DNA of 64,000 nt, taken from Tubiluchus corallicola (Eukaryota; Animalia; Priapulida). Positions 59,541 to 64,000 of the stretch are shown piece after piece. Positions within the stretch are counted from its first letter, which is position 1. Each line of letters begins with the position of its first letter. Position numbers and translations under genes: made by a program. The stretch is from the NCBI GenBank assembly GCA_030141605.1, contig JAQGDQ010001016.1, positions 6,119 to 70,118 on the forward strand. The letters run 5' to 3'. The notes beneath the pieces were generated by a model. That model had not been told where the DNA came from. It did no database searches and saw nothing but the letters and a program-made list of their open reading frames with translations.

Positions 59541-60980
59541 TTCTTTTAATCATACTCTAATATCGCCTCCGTTTGTACATCCTTATCCTCAGACGATCCA
59601 CTAATCATATCTACAAATCTAAAATTATGCAACATAGCTAAACCGTCTTGCAATTAAATTTAGACACTATCATCTTACTACTTCCCAAGGAAGAGCACGC
59701 AGAAGGAGAAGGTTTACTATTACTACTCTAGATGAACTTTCCCAGACTGCCAAAGATGCTGTCTTCTGCATCACAATACCAGTCACATTCTCCTTATCGG
59801 CGACCTCCTACCCATATCCCTTGACGATGAATTCTCGGAATCTCGAACAACAATTCCTCCGACGTTCCCATCCCTAACGAAAGAACAAAATCCTCATAAA
59901 AATGTAGCAACACCAAAACAGCACCTCACAATAATTTCACTTATAAATTCAACTACTGCTGACATATAATACAATTTAAACACGCAAAAACATAAAATAG
60001 CATACCTCAAGAATCTAGAAAAACACTTGCTGGCAACGATGACAAAGAACAAAGCACACTTATCCTAAAAACAAAAAATAAAATATACATTACTTAAAGG
60101 ACAAGAAAAGGGTACCTGAAGTAGGTTTCAGAAAAATCGCCTTAAAAAATTATATTACTTTATAGCAATTTTATGCGTATATCTTACTCGCACTGAAAGA
60201 AATTTTAGTTAGCTCTCATTTTAAATCTCCCGCAATACTGTTCCGAAGTCGCCATTACATGACGTCATGCACCAAGCGTAAATCAAGGGAAGGAAAGGCA
60301 ATTTATTACTTAAATGTTTTCACCAATTGCTAAAATGTCGCTGATTCACCCTCCAGGGTGCACCACTCAGTAACCAAAAAACGTATTTTTAATCTTATTT
60401 TAACAAGATACAGTAATTTTAAATTTTATTTAGTTAGTGACTTGTGCGCTACACAAAATGTTATCTGAACTTGTTTCAAACGACTTGTCGTGAAAATGGT
60501 TGCGTCTAACGGTCATCGCGGGAGTTTAAATTTACATGTTTTATACAGCGAGACTGCCGATTCAAGTCGCGCATGCTAAAAGGTAGTACGCAAGTGATAT
60601 AAAATTTCAAATCGAATTTTTCAAGCTTTATGTTTATGAAGGGTTGTCTTGTGCCTTAACACAAACAGTGCAACCAATGTTAACACTTTTATGCTTTCCT
60701 CAGAAATCAAACACCAAGAAAACCTTGTAGCATGAACACCTCCAATAATACATACACCTTCAGCAGTAAATACAACATTTACACATATGTACAAAACCCA
60801 CTCAGAGAACTAGCTAGAGCACACACACAATTACAGCAGTCCTATCTGCACAGCTCATCTCAGACAAAGTCACACACACACACACAAATGTACACAACAA
60901 TATTCTAGCACCACTGACACTCTCATTTACATACAATCATTAAACAACTAAAAATATGTAAGGAGCCGAGTAACCCACTA

Positions 60981-61230
60981 GCCCAAGTAGGACACTTCCG
61001 GTAAAACCCATGTGCTAAAAGTAGTGACCTACATGGGCAGCCCAAGTAGGACACTTCCGGTAAAATCCATGTGCTAAAAGTAGTGTCGTACATGGGCAGC
61101 CCAAGTAGGACTCTTCCGGTAAAATCCATGTGCTAAAAGTAGTGTCGTACATGGGCAGCCCAAGTAGGACTCTTCCGGTAAAATCCATGTGCTAAAAGTA
61201 GTGTCGTACATGGGCAGCCCAAGTAGGACA
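60981..61230. repeat. 59-bp tandem repeat, about 4.2 copies
   Basis: gcccaagtaggac starts at 60981, 61040, 61099, 61158 and 61217. Confidence 0.95.
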
Positions 61231-62807
61231 TTAGCGATTTTTGTCGAGAATCGGTAATTTAGTCAAATTTTTAAAAATTCTGTGAGTTTCTTCATTTTAT
61301 TAAAAAATGTGCTTGTTGGTTGAGTTGTAGTCAGTTTGGCGTCCTGAAAACTTGCTTGACCAGGTGTTTAACTCAGCATGCAGTACGTAGGTATTGCTTT
61401 GCAGTGACTTTTGTAACTCATTCACTGAACGAGAGCTTGTTTGGTAACAAAGCAGCTCATTTAGCACTCTAGCATTGTTCAGCAGTATGGTTATAATAGA
61501 GGTGAAATGAAACAATACTACAGGAAAATGTCAATCATTGAAGTCGTGTTATGCAGCCTGTTGTTATGAGTGCTAATGGTGATGCCAAACTGATGGCTTG
61601 TCGTGAAGCTCACGATGTCATATGTCACTATTTTTTATTATTATGTCACATTGATGCATTCTCTGGTTAAAACATTAAAAAAATCACATACAAGAAATTT
61701 CAGCTGTAAAATAAGTCTATTTCTTCATATACAGTCTAAACTTTCATCCTTGACCTATGTAGTATGCATAACATTTACCTTTCATAGAATTGCTGGCTTC
61801 CTTGCTTCATAGAAAACTTACCTGGGCAGTTGGCTGTCAGAGATCATTGAATAAACATGTGCTGTTACTGATTTGTATAAATAAACTCACCTGTGTTCTA
61901 CCTATCCCGATGTCTTAGCAATTTTACCTTCAGAAATTCTTCATATGGCTCACCACCTGATTGGATGTTACCGACTCTGTAATGACTCTTTCTCAGGCTT
62001 TTTCTGGATAAAAGGGCCCAATTTTAGGCAAATTTCATCATATTTCTCTTGCTAGGGGAACCCCTGCTCGATTTGACTGCGATATTACATTGTAAAGGTA
62101 AGAGCAAGAATCTTTTCATTTTTTGTTTCAATTTCGAAAAGTAGTACTAGTAGCTATTATTTTGGTTATCACATGATGTTGGTGATACAGTTGTTTCTTT
62201 ATAAAGCAGTAATTAGGAAAAACAAAAACAGTTATTTGGGTATTAATGCAGAAAGCTCTAAAGTATGCTGTACTGTAAATTAAAGAGTAAATTTTGTGAA
62301 TTTTTTGAAGTTGATATAGTCGACGATAGGAGAGACAAAGTGGAGGTAGTGAAATAGTATCTAAAGCTTTGATAAACACACATTGTTTACCTAATTCTGT
62401 AACCTAGAATTTTTGGACTTTGGTGTTACTTTCTAGAGAGCATTAAAAGGATCCTTTTAATTTTCTTTTAAATTTGCTATTTTAGTGCAAACCTTTCAGC
62501 CATGGAGAACTTCAAGGCGAAAATAGCCAACGAAATTCTCGCATTAGAAAAAGCCAAAAATTCTGTTATCATCAGTGAAGCAAAATATGTTGAGGTGGTT
62601 AGATATCTGAAATGGAAGAGAGGGGATCTAAGTCAGGCAAATCTAATGCTGAGCAACTGTAAGAGGAACATCATCAGACGCTTTACTGATTCTGTTGTGG
62701 AGATCGCTGGTGTCTATTAGAATTACATGGAACATTGTAGAATGTTCCGTTGGAATGATCGTCTTACCGTCTGAAATGTTCTGGAACATTACTTCTGGAA
62801 GCTTCTT

Positions 62808-63552
62808 GGCGCTATTACACTTTCGCACCGCCTAGCTTTTCCTGGCCTATTGGTTGTTTTTACGCCTGCAGGCCAGAAAGCAGACCAACAGGCGTAATAT
62901 ACACCATGTTCCCATAATATTATTGCTGCGTACGCTTTATAAGTCCAGATTAAAATCAGATTAAAATCATGCATTACTTACCTACAGCCGCCATTAAAAG
63001 CTGCACGTGAATAACCGTGTTTACATCACTGATGCGCAATGGCTCTCGCACAGTGACGATGTGGCCCTTAACCTGTATTTTTAGTTTCTTCACATAATTT
63101 ATGATTATTAGGGTTGCAGCTACGGGAGTTTGTATCGTATCGCGGGAAATTATTTTAGACCACTGCAGTTATTTATCATTAATTTTATTTATTACTGCAG
63201 TATTATTACTATTAGATTATAAAAAAGTAAAGGTTTTTTCTTCATTTCGTAAATGCGGTGAAGATAAAAGTGTGTCACGTGCCTTTTAAGCTAGGCCCTG
63301 ATAATGCATAAACTAGTATGAAATTCGTCACGTGACTACACACACAAACAAGAAGGCGATACGCCCTGTATAGGTGTAGAACTGTGAATACAGCGTAATT
63401 ATTGGTAATTATACCTAAATATATGATTAAATTACAATTAGATTAGCGGAAACATTCACTGATGACGTAAGAATAATAGGATGATGACTTACGAGCCTAA
63501 AAACGAGTAATAACCTAGAAAAAGCTAGGCGGTGCGAAAGTGTAATAGCGCC
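62808..63552. mobile_element. Non-autonomous DNA transposon with ~33-bp perfect TIRs and 8-bp TSD (Merlin-like ends)
   Basis: TIR ggcgctattacactttcgcaccgcctagctttt and its reverse complement; TSD AGCTTCTT at 62800-62807 and 63553-63560; GG...CC termini. Confidence 0.85.
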
Positions 63553-64000
63553 AGCTTCTTGGGTGCGCTATATAAGGCGATGCAGGCTGCTGACCAGGGG
63601 AGCATGCAGATCTCGCATGGAGGTATACTTACACATTCTCTTGTATACTTACATTTGCAGCACTGTAAACACCTCACCACAACACACCTAAAAAGAACAG
63701 ATAATGAAACTATCATGTGTTCCGGGCACTGTAAACACCTTCGGCTCACCAAAACACACCTAAAAAACAGATAATGATTCAGTTTCGATTTGTGTGCCTA
63801 TTCCATGACTTGCACAAAACAAACTACAGCAGTTGTTCTTTCAACAACTAACAGATTTTTCGTCTTTGTTCTTTTTAGATTGTTCAGTTGTTAAAACAAT
63901 AGTACACTGTAATAATACTGTGAAAGTTCTAATTGTACATTTTTAATTAGGTGCTGCCATCTATGAACTAATCCTGTTACTCTACCAGCTACTTAGTAAG

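Noticed and set aside
62502-62720. Host gene exon MENFKAKIANEILALEK...
   Set aside because: Short, ends in a stop and has no recognisable family motif; probably a transposon-derived relic but cannot be assigned.

Overview
AT-rich metazoan (invertebrate-like) genomic DNA with spliced genes; the organism cannot be identified from the sequence alone. The left 38 kb is a rearranged minus-strand cluster of predicted cell-surface genes. It holds two tandem paralogous leucine-rich-repeat (LRR) genes built from large symmetric phase-1 exon modules: gene A (18940-9418, about 1004 aa, hydrophobic GPI-like tail) and gene B (5802 to beyond the left edge). It also holds one complete 8-exon S1A (chymotrypsin-fold) serine protease with a GPI-like tail (30440-24575), a 5'-half copy of that protease (His57->Gln) placed directly in front of LRR gene A, a 3'-half protease paralog, and an orphan LRR terminal exon. 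On the plus strand is a 6-exon cytosolic sulfotransferase-family gene (40142-47241) with atypical catalytic motifs and a Gypsy relic in intron 3. The right 16 kb is repeat-dominated: a hAT relic, MITEs, a SINE and 30-, 40- and 59-bp minisatellites. All exon boundaries were derived by hand from GT-AG sites and reading-frame continuity; none has transcript support.
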